Shown: positions 1 to 11,785, counted from the first letter of the whole stretch. The stretch is 63,786 bases of DNA, filler included, from Atractiella rhizophila (GCA_021432655.1; 5 parts of 5 records of this genome joined end to end with filler, not necessarily neighbours in it), one strand, 5' to 3'. Made by a program: numbers and translations. The notes: generated by a model not told the origin, from the letters alone.

Positions 1-1914
1 CCACTACGTCTTGTTCCTCAGAGAGACCCTTGGACTGGACTAATGATGGTGGGAAGACAGACAGAATCACCTGATCCTCTCCAAATGACGCCTCCTCAAG
101 CTATCCCAGCCCCTACAGCTACTCCACCAATCGAAAGACGCTATCCTGAACGGCAGAGGAGACCACCAGTCGAGTTCTGGAAGGCACCCAAGCTACCCAA
201 ACCACAGGAAGAGAGCTCTGAGGACGAGTTGGCAATGTTGGCTAAGGATTGTTGGATTATTACGGAGCCTGAAGCGTTGGAGTGTGGTTTTATGGAGGTT
301 ACTGAGCATGCCATGGCTGTAGGAGCGCAAGAAAACATCCCCAAGACGTATGCAGAAGCCATGAAGACTCCAGAGGCGAAACAGTGGCATGAGGCGACGG
401 TGAAGGAGGTTCAAGCGCACTTGGACAACAAGAGTTGGGTGCTGGTAAAGCCACTAAAGGGAGCAAAGGTCATTGGATCCAGATGGGTGTTTGCTATCAA
501 GAAGAAGTCTGATGGCTCAATTGAGCGTTATAAGGCTAGATTCGTCATCAAGGGCTTCTCCCAACGTCCTGGATTCGATTTCTTCGACACCTTTGCTTCC
601 ACAGTCAAATGGGCCACCCTCAGAACCATCCTTTCGCTTGCCTGTGTCCTAGACATGGAACTGGAGTCTGTGGACATCTCAACCGCTTTCTTGAACGGAG
701 AAATGGATGCAGAAGTCTATGCCAAACAGCCAGAAGGTCACCCCCAAGGTCCTCCAGAATACGCTCTCAAACTCCTCAAAGCAATCTATGGCACCAGGCA
801 AGGAGGACGTCAATGGCAGAAGAAACTGGACAAGGAACTCGTTTCCATGGGCTTCACCAAAGTCAAGTGTGACAGCAGTCTCTGGATCTACTCAAATGGT
901 GAAGTCAAGGTGATTGTCCCAGTCTTTGTGGACGATATAATGATTGCTAGCACGTCCAAAAGCGCTGTGGAGGAGTTCAAGAAGGAGTTAGGGAAGAGAT
1001 TCAAGCTGAGGGACCTTGGAGCGACGGAATTTTTGCTTGGAGTGAGGATTAGGCGTGATAGGAATCAGAGGAAGATGTGGTTGGATCAGGAGCAATATGT
1101 TAAGGACCTTCTCTCTCGACAGAAGATGGATAGCTGCAAGCCTGTGCTCACTCCCCTCAGTGTTGGCCACGGTTTATCGAAGCAAGACTGCCCTCAGACC
1201 AAAGAAGATGAAGAAGAGATGCGGACCATTCCCTACAGTCATGTTGTCGGCTCTCTCATGTACCTTGCAGTTGCCACACGCCCTGACATCGCCCACACTG
1301 TTTCTGTCCTCGGAAAGTTCCTCTCCAATCCTGGCAAGAGGCACTGGGAAGCTGCCAAACACCTCATGCGCTATCTCAAGGGCACTCAAGGCATGTGCAT
1401 CGAGTATTCTGCCTCAGACTTCGATATCTCTCAACCGTTCAAGGCATATTGTGATGCAGACTTTGCAGGATGCAAAGATACTGGCAGGTCTACTGGAGGA
1501 TACCTCTTAACTATTGGAGGAGGAGCAGTCAGCTGGAGCAGCAAGTTGCAATCTCTTGTGGCACTCTCAACCACGGAGGCGGAGTATATCTCAGGGGTAT
1601 CAGTAGGACAAGAGGTGGTTTGGCTTAGGAATCTTCTCCAAGAAATTGGCTTCGCTCCAAAGGGACCAACAACACTTTATACGGACAGCAACAGTGCCTT
1701 GCAAGTCAGCAAGAATCCTGAGCACCACGGGCGCATGAAGCACTTGGATCTTCGCTTCTACTGGCTCAGGGACACAGTAGAATCTGGACTGATCACCCCA
1801 GTCTTCTGCCCTGGCGAGTCTATGCCTGCAGACCTCCTCACCAAGGCCTTACCGGTTGCTGGCGTTGCAAAATTCCGTGAAATGATGGGTCTGCGCCCCT
1901 ACCCAAGTGTATGA
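1..1914 (+). CDS. Copia Pol polyprotein (reverse transcriptase + RNase H), 5'-partial
   Basis: Motifs SRWVFAIKKK..RYKARFVIKGFSQRPG, VDISTAFLNG, LLKAIYGTRQ, VFVDD, YCDADFAG, VALSTTEAEY, KHLDLRFYWLRD, ADLLTKAL; no stops or frameshifts. Confidence 0.95.
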   Translation, partial: PLRLVPQRDPWTGLMMVGRQTESPDPLQMTPPQAIPAPTATPPIERRYPERQRRPPVEFWKAPKLPKPQEESSEDELAMLAKDCWIITEPEALECGFMEVTEHAMAVGAQENIPKTYAEAMKTPEAKQWHEATVKEVQAHLDNKSWVLVKPLKGAKVIGSRWVFAIKKKSDGSIERYKARFVIKGFSQRPGFDFFDTFASTVKWATLRTILSLACVLDMELESVDISTAFLNGEMDAEVYAKQPEGHPQGPPEYALKLLKAIYGTRQGGRQWQKKLDKELVSMGFTKVKCDSSLWIYSNGEVKVIVPVFVDDIMIASTSKSAVEEFKKELGKRFKLRDLGATEFLLGVRIRRDRNQRKMWLDQEQYVKDLLSRQKMDSCKPVLTPLSVGHGLSKQDCPQTKEDEEEMRTIPYSHVVGSLMYLAVATRPDIAHTVSVLGKFLSNPGKRHWEAAKHLMRYLKGTQGMCIEYSASDFDISQPFKAYCDADFAGCKDTGRSTGGYLLTIGGGAVSWSSKLQSLVALSTTEAEYISGVSVGQEVVWLRNLLQEIGFAPKGPTTLYTDSNSALQVSKNPEHHGRMKHLDLRFYWLRDTVESGLITPVFCPGESMPADLLTKALPVAGVAKFREMMGLRPYPSV

Positions 1915-2141
1915 GGCAGTTATGGGGCGCAATAAAACTCTGTCCTCCTTCTGGGGGTTATAAGACGCCGCTTTAAGCGGCACGAGGATCTCTCTACTGG
2001 TTTTGGACAGTCAACTAATATGTTTTCTTTTTGCCATGCCGTTTCATGCTGTCCTTATTCGGTGGGAGCTTTATTGGGTGGGTAATTTGGATGGTTCTTG
2101 GATTTGGTGGGAGCTTCAAGAGGCGGCTGCCCAGGTGGGAG

Positions 2142-2295
2142 TGTTGGATTAGGTGTTATATTTCATGGTGTTGTGTTTGTGTGGTCAGCCACCTTTGTTT
2201 TGTTTACTTCACTTCGGAGTTTTAGCCCCCTAGGGGGCAGTTTAGGCGGTCATCATCTTTGACCACCAATCTCTGTCCCCTAGCTCCATCCAGCA
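2142..2295 (+). repeat. 3' LTR (154 bp) of the Copia element
   Basis: Starts TGTTGGA immediately after the purine tract AGGTGGGAG and ends TCCAGCA (imperfect terminal inverted repeat); the inverted Copia copy begins straight after. Confidence 0.8.
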
Positions 2296-3500
2296 TCAGA
2301 TTCTCTCACCAAGGTCCCTCAGCTTGAATCTCTTGCTTAACTCCTTCTTGAACTCCTCCACAGCGCTTCTGGATGTGCTAGCAATCATTATATCGTCCAC
2401 AAAGACTGGGACAATCACCTTGACTTCACCATTCGAGTAGATCCAGAGACTGCTATCACACTTGACCTTGGTGAAGCCCATAGACACGAGCTCCTTGTCC
2501 AGTTTCTTCTGCCATTGACGTCCTCCTTGCCTGGTGCCATAGATTGCTTTGAGGAGTTTGAGAGCTTATTCTGGAGGATCTTGAGGGTGACCTTCTGGCT
2601 GCTTGGCATAGACTTCAGCGTCCATTTCTCCGTTCAAAAACGCAGTTGAGATGTCCACAGACTCCAGCTCCATGTCTAGGACACAGGCAAGCGAAAGGAT
2701 GGTTCTGAGGGTGGCCCATTTGACTGTGGAAGCAAAGGTGTCAAAGAAGTCGAAGCCAGGATGTTGAGAGAAGCCCTTGATAACGAATCTACCTTATAAC
2801 GCTCAATTGAGCCATCAGACTTCTTCTTGATAGCAAACACCCATCTGGATCCAATGACCTTTGCTCCCTTTAGTGGCTTTACCAGCACCCAACTCTTGTT
2901 GTCCAAGTGCGCTAGAACCTCCTTCACCGTCGCCTCATGCCAGTGTTTTGCTTCTGGAGTCTTCATGGCTTCTGCATACGTCTTGGGGATGTATTCCTGT
3001 GCTCCTGCAGCCATGGCATGCTCAGTAACCTCCATAAAACCGCACTCCAACGCTTCAGGTTCCGTAATAATCCAACAATCCTTAGCCAACATTGCCAACT
3101 CGTCCTCAGAGCTCTCCTCCTGTGGTTGGGGCAGCTTGGGTGCCTTCCAGAACTCGACTGGTGGTCTCCTCTGTCGTTCAGGATAGCGTCGTTTGACTGG
3201 TGGAGGAGCTGCAGGGACAGGGATAGCTTGAGGAGGCATCATTTGGAGAGGATCAGGGGATTCTGTCTGTCTTCCCACCATCATTAGTCCTGTCCAAGGG
3301 TCTCTCTGAGGAGCAAGACGTAGTGGGGGTGTTACTGTTGAACCTTGGGTATAAAGGGTTAATCTGCACTGTTGGGAATGACTGGTCATTTTAGTGCAAT
3401 TGGCTAAATCCAGCAGTTACTGGCCGCTCTGGAGCAGCCTGTGGCCTGTCTGGTGCTTCTTCCCTCTCTTCCTCCACTTCCTGATCTTCTCCTTCATCCC
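2296..3500 (-). pseudogene. Decayed inverted Copia pol fragment of the same family
   Basis: Reverse complement closely matches 1-~1020; 1-bp deletion near 2790 (AAGGTAGA vs AAGGCTAGA), TAC->TAA stop near 2567, truncated after KRFKLRDLG. Confidence 0.92.
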
Positions 3501-3504
3501 TTAA

Positions 3505-3687
3505 TGTAAGGATCTAAGGCTAGGAGTAGTTGGTGGTCAATAATGAGGCATTGATGAAGTATAGAGAGACATACCCATTCTTGACCACCAACACTCCTAG
3601 GCAAAACTAAACTACATAGTGATGACTCATATGAGTCATAAGAGGCAGATGACCAAAACAACACACTGCACCTAACAAAATCCAGCA
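3505..3687 (-). repeat. Related LTR (183 bp), solo or left by internal deletion
   Basis: Minus strand runs TGCTGGATT...TTACA and shares the start pattern and the TTGACCACCAA...CCTAG block with LTR 2142-2295; no matching 5-bp TSD seen (CTTAA vs TCTGG). Confidence 0.65.
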
Positions 3688-5126
3688 TCTGGAGCAGCTT
3701 CTTTCTCTTTCCAAGCCCGCCTCGATCTGACCATCGAGCTCTACAAGCCTTGTACCAGAGCTATCATAGCTTTTCAACGTCCAAACATCACCTTAGCTGA
3801 CATTTTCTTGTACTGGATCATCATTATCACGAACATCAAAACCCTGGGCAATAACTCAATACCAGGTGATGGGCTGTTCGACCTCAGAAACAGCATCACA
3901 GAGATCTTCAACAAACGTTTGCAACCAATCATCTGCCCACGCAACCTCATTCCTCGTACAGTCTATCACTCCACCAATGATGCATACCTTGTCGCTTTCT
4001 TCCTCCATCCCTATTGGTTCCAGACTGGTGTGCTCAAGTTTGATTGTGAAGACCTCAAGGTTCGGATTGGAAAAGAGCTGATCAGCCTCTTTGAGTCAAC
4101 ATTTCAGATCGACCAATCCAGGGGACAGAACCTTGTCACACGGTTTGTTGATCAAGTGAAGCTGTATACAGACAAAGCACAACCATTCAACAGTCCATTT
4201 GTTTTCAAAAAAGATCAGCCACTTGGTTGGTGGGAAGGGCTCCCTTGCAGCCGTCAAGCTGACCTCCTCGGACCTCTTGCTGTCCAGCTCTGTTCGTTCT
4301 TCAGCGACAGAGGTGGCAAGATGGAATAATGTCTTTTATTACGTGGATTCAAAACAAATATCGCAACAAATTGAAGTGGGAAACAACCATGGATCTGGTG
4401 ATGTGTAGGGATTATTATTTGGAGGGATATAAGAAGGAGATGGAGGACACGGAAGAGGAGATTAAGCGAGATCTAGCAAAGGCAGTATAAAAAAGAGTGC
4501 CAGTTGTCACTGGAAAGCATTTGGAGAAGGATGAGAAAGATTTGAGTATTCTTGAGCGGATCGAGAAGGAGTTAGAGCCAACTGAGGAAGACAATACTTC
4601 GAAAAGCATTCCAGCAAGTCAATTGGGTGGGAGGTGGAGAATTTGAACAAAGGTTTTTAACATCCCTCAAGGGGTTGTCAGTAAATAACTGAGCATTTTA
4701 GTTTTTCATTGGACCCTGAGTCTACGTTCTCAAGAACCTTGAACCTATATTGTAGACAGCCACTTGGAGGAGGATACATAGTAATATAATAGTCATTTCT
4801 CCGCTGACACATGAATAATCCTCACTAATTTCTTTCAATTTCCATCATTCTCAGTCTCATTCTATGTAAGAATATGGAAGTTTGCATGCATGTCATTTGC
4901 CATTACGAAAAAAGAACCGGCAACGAACCATGATCAACACTACTTTTGGTAATGTGTCGTATCGTGTTGGGATGGGCCCGGCGGGTTGATCGTGCCTATC
5001 GAATCGAACTCGAATCGGGTTGTTAGCCGTGAGCACGAACACCAATGATACGTGCAAGGCCTCTCCGATATGACTCGATAGGGATATCGAGCTAGATGGC
5101 GGATTCGAGTCCGATAGCCATCCCTA
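3688..5126 (+). mobile_element. hAT-superfamily DNA transposon remnant (transposase C-terminus and right end)
   Basis: ORF 3808-4329 has AYLVAFFLHPY, PLGWW and LGPLAVQLCS, typical of the hAT C-terminal dimerisation region, then degenerates. A TAGGGATGGC hAT-type terminus lies on the minus strand at 5126-5117, with short TCGA-containing subterminal repeats at ~4998-5115. Confidence 0.7.
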
Positions 5127-5746
5127 GCAAGACCCCTGCGGTGCAAGTCCCAGTGCTTTGTGGCTCGCATTAGCAGATCCCGTTCTTGGCGGTCCTCCAG
5201 CAGTTCATTTCGACTCCCAATTCGCTAGGATCCATTACGTCTTTTGGTCGTGAAGGTCGTGCTTGCCACAATCAGGCTAGATCCAACTTCCTCTTCGGAC
5301 CACCCTGTTTCGTATTTTTAACATCTCCTAAACTGGCACATACCTTTGACCATGCGTCGTCGCTGTGCAGCACTATCCTGGGCGACAGCCGTGTACCCAA
5401 ATGTCGCCTCGATAGATCAGCGAAATGTATATGTACGGGGGAATAAGAACATCAAACCTCTTCTGTGTACATATTTCCATCCACATGTAAAAACCAATCA
5501 ACAAACGAAGCAACTAACGCTATAATCGACTATGGTCTGAGCTCTCCACACGAGCTCAACGTCTTCACTCATCAATCATGCCCGTGCCCTGGTACACTTT
5601 ATGCTGTATCTCGCATCCTTGCCCAGCGGCTTTGAGTGTACTTCGTCGTTCTCGCTTCGGCTACTGCAGTTAACTTCTCCAGGGATTTCGTGTTCCAACC
5701 CTCGAGTCGGTAGATCTCGTCTTCTACGTTGCCGTTACTGACCTCT

Positions 5747-7318
5747 TTAAGACCGTGCTACTCGCCAATGTACCGATCCCATAGCTGGCCGAAAAAGAGG
5801 TTCGCCATCTACCTCGCGACTACGACCGTAATATGGAGGCGCGAGGAGCGTTGCGTGGTACAGATCGCGGCTCCTCCAACCGTGCACAGAACCGCCAGGC
5901 GTTTTGAGGACAAGCTGGACAAATATTGTCAATGGTACGCCGTTGAGGGCTCAAACTCACATTAAATGCTGGAAAGAACATTGAATTCGCCAAAGGGTAC
6001 GTCTCATACTCTTCATTGAATGCTTTGTGGCTGTATGTGACATTGCGATCAGTTTTGTCAACATGAGATGGTCCCATGTAGCCACCAGCGCAGTACTGGG
6101 TGACAGGGAGAAATTGGAGATTTGCTTTCAAGGGATGTGCCAGGTTGGATATGCTCCAGTCGTAATAGACTTCCGGAACAACCTTTTCCATCAAAGTCAA
6201 GATGCGGCATCCGATCACTGAATACTTTGAGCAATGCCGATGCATTGATGGTTGGCATACCACTGTTGGTATCTGCCAACTCTAGCTTACATCTCTCTCT
6301 TCTTTCCCCTTCCGCGCGCTTAGATCCTATGAGGTCTTCATCGTCGATATTTTCACGAGGCCTCTACATGCAGGAGATAAGAATCTTACTCCACTAGATC
6401 GGCAGTCCTGAACCTGCTCACCTTGGCCAGGCCACTGGTCTTTGGCGCAAAAGTTCCAATACTCCTCCCGACCTGAGCTGCCCGTCGGCCAGAAAATCCA
6501 CTCATGCGCCGTCGAGAGGTACTGGCTCGCGCTTTATGCCGAACTATGGGAGCAAGTAGATCTAGAGTGGACAATATTGCATCTATCGCATCCCAATCCA
6601 TCATCGAGAATGTTGAAATGTTCGCTAGCGACCTGTTGATTGAGTCAGATTATTTGTGATGCAAATGATACAAGAACACGAAATACTAAAGCTTTCAAAG
6701 GTAATCGATCGCCATTTCTGGAATCCAGTCTGGATCCGCCATAGGATGATTGTTCTTCACCAGCCAATCCAGGTCCAGGATATAAACTGACTCTGGTTCA
6801 TCGGAGCTGGGTTCAATGATATCCGAGTTGCATAGTTCAAGCACCAGTCGCAGACTCTCATTTGCATCTTTCGTCTTGCGCGATTTCGGGTTCCGAATCG
6901 GGGAAGATGGGAGGTTGACCCTATGAAATGTCTCAGCTACCTGAAGCGGAATCAGCAAAGCGAAAGTAAGGACAGACCCCGAATGAAAAAAAGAGTTGTC
7001 CGTTTCTTTCTCCTTTTTGGTATCTTGGACACGATTCAGTCGCACGATAGGAATCGAAGCACTTGTGGACCTCACTTTCGCTGATGACCTTAGCTGTCCA
7101 TTTGGCTGCAAAGGGGAAAGTAGTGCAGCAGTTTATTTTCTGATTAGGATCGACCCGAAGGAGGTCACCGTAAGCCTTTTTTGACAATGACTAAATGCTC
7201 GGTCAGCTGACATCGGAAGAGGGTCACGAAAACTAACATAGTCAATAGAAACTTTTAACAACGTCGGAAAAATATTCGACACAAACAAATGCTCCTGGGC
7301 GAAGCATTGTAGAGTCAT
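5747..7318 (-). CDS. TET/JBP-like 2OG-Fe(II) dioxygenase (catalytic part 5747-6604 intact; upstream exons separated by two in-frame stops)
   Basis: Manual splicing gives RMSGFSGRRAAQVGRSIGTFAPK ... GYMGPSHVDKTD (HxD at 6057-6065) ... SMFFPAFNLVLKTPGGSVHGWRSRDLYHATL (distal His at 5855-5857); three GT-AG introns keep the frame. The 5' end is uncertain. Confidence 0.65.
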
Positions 7319-8178
7319 TCCTGTTTAAATTGGATATCGTTCGTACTTGCGACATGAACGAAGGAGTACGAACCAGCAACTCAGTTGATCTAATAGATTC
7401 TTCATAGTTGTGAAACGCGACAAGAGATGCCAGAATCCGCTTCTTATTTTACAAAGTCATGTTCGAAACTTTCCTTCAACTCAGTTGTGAACTACCCAAT
7501 AATGTAGCGCTCTATATTCATTGATTTCGTGCCGGTGTGGAACGTGTCTGAGTAGTTCGAGAAGTTGGTCCTGTCTTCCTCAATTGGCGTGAAACATTTA
7601 TACTTTACGGTGCTCCATATTTTATCGAGATTTGAGATATTCGGTCAATCAACCGGCGGGTGCTTCAAAGCTGGTCTTCCTCATGTTTGCTTTCGGAATG
7701 AGTTTGGGGTTTTTCAGTACCCCTGGTCTCTTCGAGGTCCCACTTCGACCCCCTAACAGTCTCGAACTGCCTGGGGAGGATGGTGCCTGGTGTGTTGCAG
7801 AGTTTCTGTCCCCACACCTGTCACGCATGAACCTAGAAAAGATGGCGAGAAGGGGGGACCATAGGCCTAGTCTTGGCCAAATCCATCAATGCGAGATGAG
7901 AAAGCTTCTCAGATCGGCTCCCAAGGAAACCACGAACCACAGGAGAAAACCATTCCTTTCCTTAGCGCATTTGTTGTTTGCATGTTATTCTTAAGGTTAA
8001 CGAACGCTAATTTTGGGTAAGGTTCAAACGGCCATTTTTATGGATATCAATGGAATCGACATACGAAACACTGGGTGGAAAGGACCCCTTCATACATGTC
8101 CATCGCAGCGCTGAGAGAATATCCGCTTTCATCGGGTCATGAGAAGGGCCGTTTGAACTCAAGTGTGCAAGCCTCAGT

Positions 8179-8374
8179 CAAAATGTCCGAGACATCGTTT
8201 CCATCCAAAATGTCCGAGATATCGCTTCCATCCAAAATGGCCGAGGAATCGTTTCCATCCAAAATGTCCGAGACATCGTTTCCATCCAAAATGGCCGAGG
8301 AATCGTTTCCATCCAAAATGTCCGAGACATCGTTTCCATCCAAAATGGCCGAGGAATCGTTTCCATCCAAAATG
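8179..8374. repeat. 27-bp minisatellite, 7 units
   Basis: Unit CAAAATG(T/G)CCGAG(AC/GA)ATCGTTTCCATC; two variants mostly alternate. Confidence 0.95.
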
Positions 8375-8761
8375 CCTTATTGCTCGTATCCATGACAGTT
8401 TCAGGAACGGCCGTTTGATTCGACTTATTTTTCGAAATCGCCGTTTAATTCACCAGTCACCCAAATCTTTCTTTGCCATTTTTAGCGTGTTAAAGTTCAC
8501 TCCTTTGTTCTCAGCCGTTTGTCGGCGATTCGAGACCGTGAGGGACCCCAATAATCTAATTGGAGATGATTCGGTATAAAAGACCATACCCCTACTCTCG
8601 TCGGTTGGACGGCGTCACCTGATATCCTGCAAAGCCGTATTTCCTCCCTGGCATACAGGCAGATAACCACCCCTGGTCTTTGGTAACCCGTCTCTTTTCC
8701 ATGACAAACTGGAGATGTGAATATCATATGCTCTTTTGTTCAGAAATAGCCAACTCTGTCA

Positions 8762-10732
8762 ATGGTAACCGATACTCCCCAATATTTGCTTTTTACCATG
8801 TCCTTTGAGGATTTGGGAACGATAGCAGACCAACCGATTGCTCTTGAGGATTTCGGATACATGTGGTCCGTCCTCTCACCACTTAAATTGAAGTTGTTGA
8901 GATGAGAATACATTAGGGGCATGTTCTCGAAAGCCCTTTCAGGAATTAAGAAGGGTCGACGGTTCGAGAACTCACTGTGGCGTCTGTGGTATGAGGAGAT
9001 GTCACCGTCTGCCACTCCATTCATGCGGGCGAGGCAGCCAAAGACAATCAAGGCAGTGCTCGAGACTTTAATTCGCCTCGCCCAGGATGATTTTGTGGAA
9101 GACAACGTCGAAGCGGCGTTGGAGAAACTAGTCGAGGCGTCTCCACATTTGACCTTGGCTTTGGGCGGCGCGAGGCTGGCTTCGGGGAGGGAAAGAGATG
9201 GATGTACCGGGGGCCTAGTGTTCAAACCACGGCCACCTGTTCCACATCCCCTGGGTAAACTCCAAATCTCTCTTATAAGCGCAAGTTCCACTGTCATTTC
9301 CCAGCCGACACTTCCGACTCCAACAGGAGCATCAGACGATGCCGTTGTTGAGCGACATGACATTACTCAGTTGGGTGGATTAGGATCGCTGAAGCGGCGT
9401 AAAACCTCGAGCTCAGCAGAGCTGAAGGGAGCGATCTCACCCAACTTGACAGGTCCACCACACTTTGCACAGGAGGTGAGGGAGCCGTCTCACCAGTATC
9501 CAAGGAGGAAGGAAGCGCCTCCCATGACTCCCAGCCGAGCCGAGACGGTCATCGGTGCATCGCCTCGTTTTTCCTCAAAGCATGTTGGTCGAATGTCTCG
9601 CGATCATGTTCACAACGATTCCACCAAACCTTCGCTCTCCCGTCGCCCCAAAGCTCCACCACGGGGAGTTGACCTCCCTTCCCCTGGCTACACCAATCCG
9701 CTGAGACCTCTCCTCCCGCTCAACCCTCCGTCGCCGGAACCAGAACGACGGAGCCAACAGATATGTGGAGGGACCAGGAGGAGGAAGATCCCCTATATCC
9801 CTCCGCCAATCAAAGCCGATCCGTTGAAAGTGATAAGGGGCTTCGAAATCGTGCCTGATGATGTTTCTTCGACGAGTCTCACCCTTCCTCAGCCCTCGAG
9901 GATTGAATGGAATATGGGGGAACAGGAGAAGCAGATCGTGTCACAGAGAGGAGAAGCAAACTTGGCGCCATCGGGACCCAAATCGTTGGAGAGAGCGATG
10001 GACCTACGCCAAATTACTCATGATCAACCGTCCGGCATTGTGGCTTCTTCCTGTGTTGCTGCTTTGTCTACGCAGGCAGAGAAGAGAGAATCGCGGCCCG
10101 TTCTTCCTCCTTCGAAACTGGCTCCGATGCTGGTTTCCTCTGCGTCTGATAAACTGCACGCGACGGATGATTTGAATTGCTCAGAAGGAGAGGAGGAGGG
10201 TGATGATGATGAATGGCAGGCAGCTTTGCAAAAGGAATGGGACGAACATAATAAGGATAAGGAGACTTGGTTCGTCAAGCGTCTTGTCTCCATAGCCCAC
10301 GTCACTCGTCCTTCTGCTCTCACCGCTATCTTTGATCCCTCCAAAGTTGATGAAGATCTACGCGCCAAAGCGATCTTATATCGGGAGGAGATTAAACGTC
10401 TATGCGCCGCTAGCAACATCACTACAGCTCTCGGAGTTAAGGGTACTGCGTCGAAGAGCGGCGCCGAGGATGACGGGGGGGTAGATGAAGAGGAGAAGCA
10501 GCAGTGTCGGTTGGAAATTGAATGGAAAGAACGACATGAAGTTCTAATGCCTCCGCCTCTATCACCAACGACGACTAGACGCAATATGTTGGCGGAAGAA
10601 TTTAGAGAAGGTCTGTGTCGGAATCTCATCAGAGAGAGTCAGGTGAGGAGACGGAATGGAGGTTATGACCCTTGGGACTGGGCAACGGCTATCAAGGATT
10701 CAATCTGCGGAAACCCGAACAGTGCCTTGTAA
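8762..10732 (+). CDS. DUF1752 (N-terminal) / DUF3295 (C-terminal) fungal protein
   Basis: After one intron (~8866-8916): YMWGMFSK...GRRFENSLWRLW (RLENxSWRxW type); C-terminal SPTTTRRNMLAEEFREGLCRNLIRE resembles the DUF3295 consensus. Start is 8762 or 8798. Confidence 0.75.
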
Positions 10733-11785
10733 GCGACGACATTAGCACTGAAGAGACTGTAGGAGACGTGAGTCAAACCGAGATTCGAGATTTTGGGAAC
10801 TTCTGTCCGTACTCCAGTTGAAGAAATCAGAGACGTCGAAGATTACACCTTAACCGAAGGATCGTTCCTGTGCCTGATAGAATTCGATGGAAAGAGGTAG
10901 AAGAGCTGAAGACAGTGTTCTTGACCACATCCACCCAACTCTTCTCTCTCTTTCCAAACAAGCCATGTGGTTCTCCAGACTGAGCACACATAGGTTATTC
11001 CCCTAAAACATCAACCTATCTAACATCTTAATCCTCTTCCCCTGTTCCATCAACATACTTTTCACATCTCCACTTGCTAACTTCCTGCCTAGCAAAATAA
11101 GCATGTAGACTCCCCCAAGGTCGTGTGCTTTGATAGACTTTGACTGTCGAGTACCTTTGAGGGTTGTGGCAAGTGGATGGAAGATGGAGACCAATTTGTC
11201 GAAGACCGAGGTGAGAGACTGGGTGAAGTTTGGCGACTCCATCATGGCATTGCTGGAGCCAGCAGGTCTTCAGCTGTGTGGACTATCTATGAGGTGTTCT
11301 AGCGGGGGTAGTCCTCGCTGTGCATCTATCAACACAAACATGGAGTTGGCCTGTTTTATGCCATTGTTGGAAAGGTCACTAAAATGTCAACCCAATTTCC
11401 ACTCGCCTTGGGACCACAGATCAATGGATTTCTGACACCAGCGCTGCACCCGCTGATTAGCGACAAATCTCAGGGACCTTCCACCATCATTTGTCCTTCC
11501 TTATCAATCTCCCTTCTAATATCTACCAGATGAGTTTGAAATACTTTTACCCGCTTCCAGAGGACGAATTCCAGGGGTGGAAAACTATCCTTTAGAGCTA
11601 GGTATCGCGTTTACGCATTACGATCGATATTCTACGTAGTAGAATAGAAGTCACTGGATTCTGCAAGCATGGGCAATAAATGCCGCAAACTGCATTGCCC
11701 GTCAGGTCATCACTGGGCATTGTGATCCCTTCGTAAGGCTCCGCCTTCATACTTCCCGTTAAGGGATGTGACGTTTTAATCAAAA

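Larger units (their letters stand above)
1..2295 (+). mobile_element. Ty1/Copia LTR retrotransposon, 3' part (RT-RNase H, PPT, 3' LTR)
   Basis: Open frame from base 1 to 1914 with Copia RT/RNase H motifs, a purine tract at ~2133-2141 and a TG...CA LTR at 2142-2295. Confidence 0.95.

Noticed and set aside
8179..8374. Regularly spaced repeats resembling a CRISPR array, and repeat-peptide ORFs (SKMSETSFP)n
   Set aside because: Head-to-tail units with no unique spacers, no cas genes and a eukaryotic context; the ORFs follow from a 27-bp stop-free unit.
10900..11460. Stop-broken minus-strand frame with protein-like stretches (FVLIDAQRGL, FHPLATTLKG)
   Set aside because: Too short and degenerate to assign; the similarities could be chance.
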